Source of the DNA: Naegleria gruberi
Lineage: Eukaryota
Strand: one strand, 5' to 3'
NCBI GenBank assembly: GCA_000004985.1
Contig: GG738909.1
DNA length: 64,000 bases
The notes beneath the pieces are model-generated. The model was given only the letters and a program-made list of their open reading frames with translations, had not been told where the DNA came from and made no database searches. Below, in pieces: positions 1 to 11,219 of the stretch. Made by a program: the position numbers and the translations under genes. Within the stretch, counting starts at the first letter, position 1. Every line of letters starts with the position of its first letter.

Positions 1-1321
1 CGATTGGGAATTTCCAAATGTTCCTTTCCGTAAATGTATTCAATAATGAAAAGAGTTTCGTATGGAAAGATTTCACTAGAATTCCAAGTACCATTCTCAC
101 TTGAGAGAAATGCTTCAAAAAATAAGCTTTTTGACATGAGAATTGTTTTGTGACATTTCACGGTGAATGAAGTGAGGCCATCTTCTGATGTAATTGAAAT
201 GTCAATGTCAGAATCACATTCTTTGGTGAATAATTCCCATAGTGGATTAGAAATGTCCTCTTTTTCTGTAATATCCAATTCAGTTATTGAGTTATTGGAA
301 ACTAGAAGATTGTGTAAATTATTCAAATAAATTCCACATTCGAAATTTTCAATATAATACGCAACTTTTTGTTTTGCCTTTTCAGTAAAACCAAAACTTT
401 CCAAATATCCCAAATTAACACCTTCGAATAAAATTTTCTTCCAATAAGTCAACTCATTCTCATCAGCTTTATCCAATAGAAAGAGTAATGCAAGTTTCCT
501 CTCCAAAATAATCGACTCCTCCTCATCCAAATCATCAGGCAACACTTCAATACTATCATACATTAGCACATCCACAATAACTTGCAATTCTTCTCTTTCC
601 AATTTTGACAATTGACTCAACAATTTCTCATTCAGAAAGACATTTTCAAAAAATGTTGGAAACATTACTTTCAATAAGGGAATAAAGGCAGTAATTTGAT
701 TATTCGAATCATGATTGAACTTTTTCAATGAAATTCCAGATGTATAGTTTAGTATTTCGTAATGTTTTCTTTCGGATAGTTCATCATCATGAGGATCGAA
801 ACTAGGATGCAGAGAAATGAGTTTGATGATCAATGGATTGTCGGCTATTCCAATTGGATACAAATAATCCCACTATTGATTATTGAGCTTCTTTGAAAGA
901 ATCGAATACTTACTGTGTACTATTAATTGATGATAAATATTATTCGAAACAAAAACTTACTGGCTAATATCATGTTTTCCAATTTCCGATTTTTTAAAAT
1001 TTACTTACAACTACAACCTAGATTACAATTTACCAATTAATTAAATTTTCACAATTAAAATTATTCGAAACTTACACCAACATTAACATTCACATTCGGA
1101 ACACTTGCCAAAACTTTTGCCATTTCAAAATCATCCGAAACACAAGCATGCATAAATAATGGACAATAGGAAAAGTATGAATTTTCACAGGTGAAGGAAC
1201 GAATTTCTTTGTTAATTATTTCTTTGGAAAGTTTAGTTTTGAGCCATCTGAGTCCTTCTACATTCTTCTCACTAATAAAATTGACGCCTTTTAGTAAAAT
1301 CTCATCAAAGTTTGTTGACAT
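1..1321 (-). CDS. Ankyrin-repeat / BTB-like protein, multi-exon, 3' end runs off the window
   Basis: ATG at 1319-1321 on the minus strand. Exon 1 is 1076..1321 and ends at a GTAAGT donor (1075..1070). Several tiny exons and introns lie in roughly 840..1075 and are not resolved. A continuous minus-strand reading frame then runs from about 875 to position 1 and beyond. It contains an ankyrin-like motif (CVSDDFEMAKVLASVPNVNVN) and a BTB-like segment (SFTVKCHKTILMSKSLFFEAFL). This region is absent from the ORF track because it has no stop before the window edge. Confidence 0.5.
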
Positions 1322-1552
1322 TTTTTTTTGATTTTAACAAACAGTTGACATTTGTTGGGTTAGTACCAACATTTACAACATTTGCAAATTGTTCAGATAT
1401 AATAAAATATTCACATTTCGAAAAATCGAATAAGGACGAGAAAATTCTTACAAATTTCAACACTTTTATTCTCTCAAGAAATATATTAAAACACTAAAAA
1501 AATTAACACCAAATTAAGGAGATATGGATGAAAACATCTGAACTTGGATCCT

Positions 1553-1960
1553 TTAACACCATCTAACACCTCCAACACAACCCAATCCACCACCATAACC
1601 AAAACCACCACCGTATCCAAAACCACCTCCATAACCACCATAAAATGGAATTCCATATCCTCCGTATCCACCATAGAATGGCATTGAATAAGCACTTCCA
1701 TAATTAGTTCCATAACTACTTGGTCCAGTATATGAAGATCCATAACTTGAGTATGGTTGTGAATTGACTGCATTCACTTGATTCAAATAGGATTGAGAAT
1801 TTTGTCCATATTGATTGTAATTTCCTCCAGTGACTCCATAGTTAGAACCAGCGCCTCCTGATGTACCATAATTAGTACCGTAATTGTTGCTATATTGACA
1901 GTTGACCAAGCAAGAAGCCAAAAGTAAGGTTGCCACGAGAGCAATGATGAATTTGTTCAT
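1553..1960 (-). CDS. Secreted Gly/Tyr-rich low-complexity protein (135 aa)
   Basis: ATG at 1958-1960 (minus) and TAA at 1553-1555. N-terminal signal-peptide-like hydrophobic stretch (MNKFIIALVATLLLASCLVNC). The remainder is Gly/Tyr/Ser/Asn-rich, e.g. YGGYGGYGIPFYGGYGGGFGYGGGFGYGGG. The overlapping ORF at 1486..1773 in another frame is an artefact. Confidence 0.65.
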   Translation of the reverse strand: MNKFIIALVATLLLASCLVNCQYSNNYGTNYGTSGGAGSNYGVTGGNYNQYGQNSQSYLNQVNAVNSQPYSSYGSSYTGPSSYGTNYGSAYSMPFYGGYGGYGIPFYGGYGGGFGYGGGFGYGGGLGCVGGVRWC

Positions 1961-2415
1961 TGTTTTTGAGATGTTTTTTATGTTTGAATTGAATTTGAAT
2001 GAGGATGTTGTTAGGTGGTTATTTATATGTTTGAAAGATTGTGTTTTGAGTACTAATAGTTTGTTTCCAAATGTAAAATTGACAAAAAAGGAGTGTCTGG
2101 TTAATTTGGAAAGGTTGTTGAGTAAAAATGGAGTTGACTAAAATGTAACATTTCATTTATGTTTAATAATGGAATAAGAGGTTTGTTAATCATTTTTTAT
2201 ATTGTTTGATGAAATATTTAAGGATAATAGCGAAAATGCCTCTTATTTAGCCAAGTATAGTGAAAATCTTAAATATGGAATCTCAATAAATTTGGATAAA
2301 AGAAGGGTTGGATTTGAATTCTTGGAGAGATGATACCTTTCGGATAGGTATCGATTTAAATAATAACCAGCACAATGGGGAAATAGTACATATTTCACAT
2401 TTTAAGTAATTGAAT

Positions 2416-2533
2416 GGCTACGGCCATATCACGATGAATGCACCTCATCCCGTCCGATTTGAGAAGTTAAGCATCGTCGAGCCACATCAGTACTGAGGTT
2501 GGAGACAACTTGGGAACCTGTGGTGCTGTAGTC
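2416..2533 (+). rRNA. 5S ribosomal RNA, copy 1
   Basis: ggctacggccatatcacgatgaatgcacctcatcccgtccgatttgagaagttaagcatcgtcgagccacatcagtactgaggttggagacaacttgggaacctgtggtgctgtagtc. This is the canonical 5S primary sequence, including the box A/C region and loop E, and it is followed directly by a Pol III T-run terminator (tttttt, 2534..2539). Confidence 0.9.
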
Positions 2534-2539
2534 TTTTTT
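2534..2539 (+). terminator. RNA polymerase III T-run terminator of 5S copy 1 (the equivalent at 13356..13360 follows copy 2)
   Basis: TTTTTT directly after the 5S 3' end. T-runs likewise follow tRNA-Leu (17861..17866) and tRNA-Ala (13585..13590). Confidence 0.7.
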
Positions 2540-3128
2540 ACTTTAACAGGTTTTTCAACATTAGCTGATTTTATGTTACGGTAGTCTTTTTGTCAACAAT
2601 GAAGTATTTGGTTATACCTAATTAGATGTTTTTGATGGTGATGATGCTGAAAGTCGCTTTTGAGTTTGAACTTTGTTAAACTCTTGAATGGAACCAGGCT
2701 TGAAATTTATTGAAATTAATCATTTCAACAGTTTGCATTTGAAATTTGCTTTGAATTATAATCAAGATTCTTTAATTTGTTGCTCCACAACTTGTCCATA
2801 TAATGAAATATCATGATTTGGTTGATATCAATATTTCAAGGAGATTGAGTGGCTCTTTTATAACATTCAATGATTTAAGGTTGGGAAATTTAAAACTGAA
2901 TTAATTCAGTGAACAAAGATAACGTTTGATGTCATCCTCGTTAACAAAACAAATTACAATAATAAATAATAATTGCACCACGTTACCCTTATTACTCTTC
3001 TTCCTCAAGGAGTTTTTCTATCCAATCGCGTAGAATATAGTCGGCATTCGGATACGATCGGTTTTAAGTCCCGCTCTAAGCAAGAACGTTCTATCATCAA
3101 AAAACTTCAATTTTTAAATTTAAAAAAA

Positions 3129-3512
3129 ATGTCCAGAATTATCACCAAGAAGGAATTGGAAGAACACGACGAAAATCACAAGGATCAATGGATTGCTGTT
3201 GATGGAAAGGTTTACACAATCACTGAATATAAACATGAACATCCAGGTGGTGAAGATATTTTGCTCGAACACGCTGGTGCTGATGCCAGTGAAGCTTTTG
3301 AAAATGTCGGACACAGCAAGGATGCCAGAAATAAGTTAAAGTCATTGCTTGTTGGTGAATTGGAAGGATACAAATCATCAGGAGCCAAGGATGAAGTTTC
3401 ATCATCAACAACAACTTCTGCATCATCAGGATCATCAGTTATGCCAATTATTGTTGGTCTTGTTGCTGTTGTTATTGCAGCTGGCGTTTACTTTACTAAA
3501 ATTGCACAATAA
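3129..3512 (+). CDS. Cytochrome b5 (tail-anchored, 127 aa)
   Basis: ATG at 3129 (MSRIITKKELEEHDEN...). Heme-binding motif HPGGEDIL...HAGADASEAFENVGHS. C-terminal TM anchor IIVGLVAVVIAAGVYF. TAA at 3510-3512. The longer ORF start at 2973 is an upstream extension without ATG support. Confidence 0.9.
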   Translation: MSRIITKKELEEHDENHKDQWIAVDGKVYTITEYKHEHPGGEDILLEHAGADASEAFENVGHSKDARNKLKSLLVGELEGYKSSGAKDEVSSSTTTSASSGSSVMPIIVGLVAVVIAAGVYFTKIAQ

Positions 3513-3671
3513 ATTAATAAACAATTAAATATTTAAAATCTCCTAAAATTTATCTCCATTTGTTAAAATTGTTTGAATTGCTCAACAACAAGCTTTTTCA
3601 ATCTAAATAAATTTAAAATTCACTTTTTTTTAATACAAAAAACCTTGGAAGAATATGTGTCCTAAGTTAAA

Positions 3672-4800
3672 TTATTCCCTGAAAATAACAGTTCTATTCT
3701 TAATAGTACTCCACTTGAATCTCTTGTGAACCCATGAGAGAGCAATAACAAGTGACAATGAAGCCAAAACCTTCAAACCCATCTTCTTTCTTGGTTCAGT
3801 ATCTGGAGCAGCACAGTAAGTCAAATATGTACTGACGTCCTTAGCCATTTGTGAAACTGAAGCTGGAGTACCATCATCGAATTCAATAGCACCATCAGAG
3901 AGTGGAGGAGCCATACCAATAGCACCACCTGGGAAGTAAGCATTCCAATAGAGACCTTCTCTCAAAGAAACACCAGCAGGAGCATCCTCATAACCAGTCA
4001 ACAATGAGAAAATATAATCTTCATTATGTGGACGACCCTTGACAATGACTGACAAATCTGGTGGCAAAGCACCTCCGTTCATAGATCTAGCAGCTTGTTC
4101 GTTTTTGTATGGTGATTGCATGTAATCGAAAGCCTTGGCCTTACGAGTTGTTGGTTCTCCTTGGGAGTCTGGTTCACCTTCAACATCAACAGCAGCAGCC
4201 AAAACTTTGATTTCAGCATCAGTGAAAGCAACATTGAGATTACGGAAAGCAATTTCATTCATACCGTGGCAAGCACTACAGATTTCTCTATAAACTTTAT
4301 AACCTCTTCTAATGGAGGCAGCATCGAAAGAACCAGCGAGTTCCTTGTGTGGCCATGGTTGGGCTGGAGGAATAGCAGTACCATCAGAAGCTTCAACACT
4401 ATTCACATTGTTAAAGACGAGGAAACTACCAGCTGATAATCCAGTAGCAGCCATAAGGAGCTTTGGATTAGTGGCAAACTGTAGTTTAAAATTCCAATGT
4501 ATTAGTTATATCAACATTAATATTTGTCGTTAAACAAGACAAGAAGGAATAATATTATCGTTAACAAATATGATATCATTTAAAAGAGCAAATTGTTGTT
4601 TCATCATAATAAAAATTTGGAGCGTATTACATGTTGATGAGAATGTAGAGAGAGATGAAGAGATGAGTACAAGATGATGAAAAAGTATGTTATCATTCGC
4701 ACCGAGACCAAAACGAGACAATAGAGAATTTTAAAACAATAACAAGAGTTTAAACACACAACGCGGCAAATAGGCTACTAACCTTCTTGAAAGCGAACAT
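3672..4800 (-). CDS. Cytochrome c1 (complex III), probably 2 exons: 4783..4800 and 3672..4478
   Basis: Main exon carries the CSACHG heme motif, the cyt c1 core (GYKVYREICSACHGMNEIAFRNL...), and a C-terminal TM anchor. An acceptor (ctacag) lies at 4479-4484 immediately upstream and in frame (FATNPKLLMAATG). A candidate first exon ATGTTCGCTTTCAAGAAG followed by a GTTAGT donor sits at 4783..4800. That gives a 304-nt intron and a predicted N-terminus MFAFKKFATNPKLL. The exon-1 assignment is an inference. Confidence 0.75.
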
Positions 4801-5303
4801 TTTTTCTGGTTAATTTTTTTATGTATTACAAAGTTGCAATCACAGGCACTTGCTGGTGTTTTTCTTCTCACCAAAAATGCCTTTAGATGAGCAAAAGGAG
4901 AATTATGATCATCAATTCAAAAGGACACACTGCTTTTAATTCTACCTTCTCAAGAAAATTGTCATGAAATATTAACAGAATGATCAAACTTTTATCATCA
5001 CCTTCATCATGTAAATTAACCCATTCAAGATATGATTTAAATTTTTAAAAATTAATTTGATATTGAATTAAAGTTTACGATTGGTGATGAGGTTTCAGAC
5101 TAACTGCACTACCTTTCAAACATTAATTTATTGTTCGTTAGAGACATTTAACGACAGTTGTCATACTCAATTATTCTCTATTGTCTCTCAATGCATTACC
5201 GCCAATATTTGAATGGCGCCAATAACAACTAGAAAAAAAAATTCATCATCTTACTTTGTGCTAGTAAGGAGGACGTTATAAAAAGAGAAAACTTTGATGA
5301 CTT

Positions 5304-6757
5304 ATGCCTTCTAATAGGGATTATAAACCATCTAAACTTGATCAGAGTATTAATTCATCCGTAATTAATAATATTAGTACAATACCAATCGATACTACCA
5401 ACAAGAATAATATTTCAGCTACTTTCCTTAATAGCCTTACATTTGATTTTTTTCCAACAGCTACAACAACCACAACATCCACATCAACAAGAAAACCTAT
5501 GAGTAAAACATCCGTAAAAGATGCAGTGGCTGCTCATGTCATTGAAACCAAAGTTCAGGAGATGGAATCAGAGCGAAGAAAGCTCTCACTAGAATGTGAT
5601 ACTTTGCGATCCGAAAATAAGTGGTATAGAAAGAAGCTCACCGAGACTGAACATAGCTTAAAAACAACTGAGGAGAAATTTGAAACGATTAAGAGTAGGT
5701 TTTTACTAATTTTCAAACATCATATTGATGATCAAAATATTTAGAATCATTCGATGAACAGCAAGTAATACTCTCAAGTTTGGAAAAGACTCTTTGTGAT
5801 ACGAAAAAGAAGGAGAAGAAGAGACAACAAAAACAAGAACAAAAGAAATTATTACTTCAACAAACATCAGATGAAGTGATCACACTCAGAGAAAAGGTAT
5901 GTTCATCCTTAATTAGTTATTCGCTTATTATGTCATTATTCAAATAATAGCTCGAAAGGAAAGAAACTAGAGCAAAAGCATTGGAAATTGAAGCTGAATA
6001 TCTTCAAAAACAATTAGGGGAGATACGAGACAAGAATTTGGATGATAAGCTAAGACAATATGAAAGTGATTTGTACAATGAAAGATTGGAGAAGGATATG
6101 GCTCAGGATCGAGTAAAGACTTTAGAGAAGGAAAAGGAAAAAGTTGAACACGAATTATTCGAGCTGAAAATAAGAGTTGAAAAGAGCTATGGTGATCTCG
6201 AATTTTGTAAAAAGAGAGAAACTGATCACAATTCTCAAATCAATATTCTAACAGTAGAGAACTCATCGTTCAAGGAAAAGATATCCTTCTTGGAACAAAA
6301 ACTGTTAAAATACAAACGAAATGCTAAGCAACAATCTCAAACAATTGAAAAGTTACAACAAAAACAGAAAGACCCCCTAAGTTTTAATGCCTGGGTTCAG
6401 ACAGAAGAATCATTCCCTTCGTTTGAACATTTAAAGACAAGAGACGAAACAATAACGTCACTAAATTCTGAACTTGATTCACTAGAAGATAAGAATAGAC
6501 AACTAAGAGCTCAATTAGAATATTATGCATCACATGCTCACAATCATTCCGAATACAATGAGGAACTGTTGAGAGAAAACCAAAATTTAAAGAATATCCT
6601 AAGTGAAATGAACAGAGGTAGAGCCAAAGATGAACAAAGAGTCCGAATGTTAGAAAGAGAATTGGAAATTAGAGATGTAGAAATTGAGAAGAGAAACAAA
6701 TTCATCAGGAAAATGAACGAATCATCAATGCATTATGTCAGAAACGAGTATGATTGA
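5304..6757 (+). CDS. Coiled-coil protein, 3 exons (5304..5694, 5745..5896, 5951..6757)
   Basis: ATG at 5304. GTAGGT donor at 5695 with a ttag acceptor at 5744 (50-nt intron). GTATGT donor at 5897 with an aatag acceptor at 5950 (54-nt intron). The splices restore a single frame. Heptad-rich sequence (LEKEKEKVEHELFELKIRVEK, LRAQLEYY...). TGA at 6755-6757. Confidence 0.7.
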
Positions 6758-6929
6758 ATGATGCAAAAATACCAATAAAATTTTTTGTAAAGTGTAACGG
6801 TTGGAAAGTGGATCCAAATTTTTTATGGCCGAGTTTTAAAAGTTGAGCCGTTGCGTTTATTTAAATGAAAAAGGACTGATCCAACACATTTCCAATAATA
6901 ACATTAACAAAAAAAACAACTCAACAACA

Positions 6930-7548
6930 ATGACTGCCAGAAAAGCCTCTTCTTCCTCTAAGAAAGATTCTTATGATCACCCAAAGTACACTGACATGGT
7001 TCTTGAAGCCATTATTCAATTGAGAAAGAGAAATGGTGCCAGTTTACCAGCTATTAAGAAGTACATGGAAGAAAAGTATGAACTTCCAGAAACCTACAAT
7101 ACTCACTTGAAGTTAGCCATCAAAAAGTTGGTCGAATCTGAAAAGTTGGTCAAGGTCAAGGGTTCTTACAAGGTTGAAGCTGATTACAAGAAGTCTTACA
7201 TGAAGGAAAATAAGATTGTCCTCGAAAAGAAGGAAAGTGATGATGAAGATGAAAAGGAAGATAAGAAGGACAAGAAATCCAAGAAATCGAAGAAGGAAGA
7301 ATCCGATGAATCATCTAAGAAGAAGAAGAAGATAAAAAGAAGAAGTCTACCAAGAAGACCGAAAAGAAAAAGTCCAAGAAGGATGAAAAGACTGCTCCAA
7401 GAGTTTCCAAGCCAAAGAAGACTACCAAGAAGAACTTGAAGGAATCTGCAAAGGTTGATGGTCCAAGAACTGAATCAAGAGTCAAGAAAGCCGCTTCTGC
7501 TACTAGAACTGCTAGATCCAAGGCTAAGCAAGCTGCCAGAGATGAATA
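6930..7548 (+). CDS. Linker histone H1; reading frame is broken as sequenced around 7319..7331
   Basis: ATG at 6930 (MTARKASSSSKKDSYDHPKYTDMVLEAIIQLRKRNGASLPAIKKYMEEKYE = H1/H5 globular domain). Lys-rich tail. After the (aag)n run at 7317..7331 the H1-like tail (KKKKDKKKKSTKKTEKKKSKKDEKTAPRVSKPKKTTKK...SKAKQAARDE, preferred codons, TAA at 7546-7548) continues in the +2 frame. The sequenced frame instead gives an Arg/Pro-rich, rare-codon tail ending at 7439. A single missing G (aagaag[g]at) would restore the frame. Confidence 0.8.
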
Positions 7549-7901
7549 ATTCTACTTCCGATATGATATGAACAACAAATACCTGTGTGAATGCAAATTG
7601 CAACACAACCCTAGGCACAATAGCATTGTAAATATTCCTCTAAGTACAACTCCTAATCATCACAAACAAACAACAATAAATATTTATTATCATCATTAAA
7701 TTAAAATTCACTGAGGGTTTTGAAAAGCATGTATCACAATATCATTTGTTTCTCTATTGTATCAATCAAATCATCAAAACTTATCAACCAACTTGTTCCG
7801 AAGAACAGACCTTGATTAATCAAGCATCAAATGTTCCCGCCTTATTATTAAAATAAATTTACGTTAAAAAAACATCTTTCGTACTTTAAATAACTGAAAA
7901 A

Positions 7902-9711
7902 ATGTCTATACGGGCCATGTCTACAAATGAGTTTGGCTCTCCAAGCAATATGAAGATGGTAGAGCCATCTTTAGGTTCTGTTAATAAGAGAACCTCAACA
8001 GCAAAACAAGGAGCACTTATTAAGAATGTCTCTGGCCGAAGATTACCTCACTCTTTTAATCAAATGAATATTCAACATCAACTCAATGTTCATACAGCAA
8101 AATTTGGAGTTATTGATGATGACGATGAAGAGGAACAGGAAAAGAAGGTTGTAAAGAAAAAGTCTAAACTGAAAAAAGAAGTACCTAGATTGCCTTCCGA
8201 AGAGTTAGCTTCTTCAAGTTACCTCAAATCACGATTAAGTCCAATCAATCACGAGTCGGAACAATTAAGTGGAAGAAGTAGTGCTTCTTCTGTCAGTTCT
8301 AGGTCTCACATTAATCCTCTATTGACTCCAATTTTAGATGAAGATTTTAAAAGAGAGAGATTTGAGGAAACATTAAACAAATCACTTAAAGAAAAGAGTT
8401 TTGAAGGTGAGCGAAAATCAGGACTCAGTTCTTTGAGGAGCAGTAATGATATGGATCTTGCTCCAATGTCGACAAGAAAGAGGGATGAAGAGTTACAGAG
8501 ATCTACATTGGAACCAATCAAGAGACCTCTTTCCAGAACATCGGATTCAAAATTGTTGGGAGCAAGCGTAACAACTACCCATTCTAATAGAGCCAAACTG
8601 TGCATTCAATCGTTGGCTGAGGGATATGTAGATGCTTTTGAGGAATTATTCTTATTGGCCCATAGAGATCCAGTGGTAAGTTTTCTAAAATATTGAATGG
8701 GGTGAATATTCTAATACTATACAATTAGCTTGTGGATGATATTACAGATACCTATTTTACGTTAACGGACGATAGACTCAGATCTATTAAGGAAATGCTT
8801 GTGAAGGCAGAATCTTATAAGAGAAGAGGAAAATTCGAAAAGGTTTATGATATTTTCAAACAAATTGCAGACTATTTTGAATCAGAAAGAGATTATAATA
8901 CAATGTACTATTTCTATGAATTGGGTGAAAATACAGCAAGGAGAGTAAGTTGTCAAACCTAATTGAATCATAACATTTTTCAAAGTCTTCAAATTCACAA
9001 TTAGAAGGACTATCAAAGGAAAATGCTGGTAAAATGTATGAAAGAATGGGGAAGGTCAACATGGCTGTTAAATATCACGAAGCTCATATGAGTTTAGCTC
9101 ACTCAGCAGGCGATCAAGTCCAAGAGGAGAGAGCAATCAATCAATTGTGGAGAGTGTACATGAAGATGGGAGAGGATTCAGAAAATCAATCGGATCTTCA
9201 TAACGCTTGTCTTTTCTATGAAAAGAGTTTAAAGAATGCAAAAATGCTGAAAGATAAGGAAATGATTTCCAATTCTTTATTCAAATTGGGAAATGTATAT
9301 AAATCTCTACAGGACTTTGAGAAGGCAATTGAGTACCAACAAATGTATACTACCGTATGTGAAGACATTGAGGATAAGAAGGGAAAGTCAGATTCATTTT
9401 GTGCTTTGGGAGAGCTTTATGAACAAACAAACGAAATCGATAAGGCAATCGAAACATATAATCAATTTTTATCTAGTGCAGAAGAAGCACAGGATGATGA
9501 CAGAATTGGTACAGCATGTATTAAACTTGGTATGGCCTTGGGGAGTAAGGGCCAACATGACGAAAGTATCGCCTTTTTTGAGAGAAGTTTTGAACTTGCC
9601 AAGAAAACCAAAGATAATGCCAAGATTGGTGAAGCCAAAGTGAGATTGGGTTTTGCAAAAGGTAACGCCTCGATGCAAAAACACATGATGTCTCTGAATA
9701 AAAACTTTTAA
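7902..9711 (+). CDS. TPR-repeat protein, 3 exons (7902..8675, 8729..8944, ~9019..9711)
   Basis: ATG at 7902. GTAAGT donor at 8676 with a caattag acceptor at 8728 (53-nt intron, phase 0). GTAAGT donor at 8945. The second acceptor is ambiguous: AG at 9004 is out of phase, AG at 9018 is in phase (74-nt intron). Exon 3 encodes TPR-like repeats (MYERMGKVNMAVKYHEAHMSLAHSAGD..., FKLGNVYKSLQDFEKAIEY...). TAA at 9709-9711. Confidence 0.6.
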
Positions 9712-10697
9712 TTATTATGTACATTATTTTGACCTGTTTCTTGCATGGCCTGATTCATTAAGCCAGCAACAATTTTTTCCAACATTGGATTTCCTCCATT
9801 GATATCTTGAATTAATTTTACAAGTTCTATATGTACAAGCTTTAGCTTTTCTACTGTTACAGAGAAACTGTTGGTTTCTGTCATCAGTTCCAAAGCATAA
9901 TCCTTTAAAATTTTGTCTGATGATTTTTGTTTCAAAATGTTGAGAAGACGAGTGTCACCTGATTTGAATTGTTCCAAAATACAGTGAATAATTGGGTAAG
10001 AGAACTTTCCCTCTGTTAAATCTTCACAATAACTCTTATTTGTATGATAAATATCACTTTGCAAGTTCAGATAGTCATCCAAAATTTGGAAGAGAACTGA
10101 CAATGAATTAACAAGTGGAGTAAAATCATATGTTTTGCTATCCTTCTGGGTTGAACTTGCTTTCATCAATCCAACTCCAAGTCTAAACAATCCACCAGTC
10201 TTATTTTGCACCATTACAAGATAATCTTGTTCCGAAGGACAAATTCCATTGTCTCTCCAATAAATATCACAACCTTGACCTTCATGTAATAAGAGCAATT
10301 CATCCATAAAGACAGTGATTGCCTCGGAAAATGATTGTTGGTCACTAAAGCTTGAATTTAACTTTTGAATATCCTTCAAAGCTTCAAAATATACATAATT
10401 TGCACAATTGATGGTTGCAGGAGTGCCATAGATGAGGTGAGCACATGGTTTTCCTCTTCTCAATTTACTATTATCTTCAATATCATCAACTAGTAAACTG
10501 GCATTGTGCAATTTATCAATAATACTCTTAATTACATTCAATTCATCTTCGGAAAGTTTAAACCACTCATTAAAAGCATCAATTAACTTGGAACGAAAAC
10601 CCTTTCCATTAGTATTATTAATCAAATAAGAATATGGATCCAAATGAGGCTTTACAGTTCCATTCTTTAATTTCTCATGATGGTCATTCGAATTCAT
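9708..10697 (-). CDS. Geranylgeranyl diphosphate synthase (type III short-chain trans-prenyltransferase)
   Basis: ATG at 10695-10697. First Asp-rich motif LLVDDIEDNSKLRRG. Second motif FQILDDYLNL. Fungal/animal BTS1/GGPS1-like length (329 aa). Its TAA (9708-9710, minus) overlaps the TAA of the convergent TPR gene. Confidence 0.85.
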   Translation of the reverse strand: MNSNDHHEKLKNGTVKPHLDPYSYLINNTNGKGFRSKLIDAFNEWFKLSEDELNVIKSIIDKLHNASLLVDDIEDNSKLRRGKPCAHLIYGTPATINCANYVYFEALKDIQKLNSSFSDQQSFSEAITVFMDELLLLHEGQGCDIYWRDNGICPSEQDYLVMVQNKTGGLFRLGVGLMKASSTQKDSKTYDFTPLVNSLSVLFQILDDYLNLQSDIYHTNKSYCEDLTEGKFSYPIIHCILEQFKSGDTRLLNILKQKSSDKILKDYALELMTETNSFSVTVEKLKLVHIELVKLIQDINGGNPMLEKIVAGLMNQAMQETGQNNVHNN

Positions 10698-11219
10698 TCT
10701 TTTCTCTATACACTATATTTTACACTTCCGATAATTGTTGTGAAAAATTCTCTCTCTTCTATTTACAAAGCCACACACGTAAAACAAAGACTAAATCTCC
10801 CCTTTACGTTTTGATGTTTTTTTTTTAATTTTTAATTAAATAAATTGGTGGTTCCTTGTTCACTCGTCCAAATAGTTAATTTTTGACGTGATTGAAAAAT
10901 TGAAAACACAAGTTGTTGCAACACGTTGGATGGAAACGTTGAACAATGTTCGAACGTACTTCTTTTTTTAATGGTTGGCTAGATGACGTTTTAGATTCAA
11001 TGGAAAATGTTTACAATGGATAATAGAATAATACTTAAATGTATTATATTAAAATAGACCTATTTTGGTGCTTGCAAATTTGCAATGATGTTTAATTAGG
11101 ACCTTGTAGTGCTCCATATTCACTCAGATTGATTCTGTTTCTTGCAAGAAAAGTAATTTACCTGCTCTATCGTGTTGGGCCTTTCTTATTCTTTTTACAA
11201 TGAATAATTTCTCTTTTGG

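Larger units (their letters stand above)
2391..2539 (+). repeat. Dispersed 5S repeat unit (5' flank + 5S gene + T-run), partner at 13211..13360
   Basis: The two 5S copies are identical except for one base near the 3' end (tgtagtc vs tctagtc). They also share about 25 nt of 5' flank (catatttcacatt[t/g]taagtaa[t/c]tgaatg). Beyond that the flanks diverge. Confidence 0.8.

Noticed and set aside
1486-1773. 95-aa minus-strand ORF (Val/Met/Asp-rich) overlapping the Gly/Tyr-rich gene in another frame
   Set aside because: It is an alternative-frame artefact of the repetitive gg(t/a)ta(t/c) codons. The Gly/Tyr-rich frame has the ATG, the signal peptide and the codon bias.
2331-2357. Perfect 7-bp hairpin (gatacct ttcggat aggtatc) about 60 nt upstream of 5S copy 1
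   Set aside because: It is not present upstream of 5S copy 2, so it is unlikely to be a 5S promoter element. It is a single short hairpin of uncertain meaning.
2620-2700. Possible box C/D snoRNA (tgatgatg…ctga) between 5S copy 1 and cytochrome b5
   Set aside because: C and D box-like strings are adjacent rather than 60-90 nt apart. No terminal stem or guide complementarity could be recognised.
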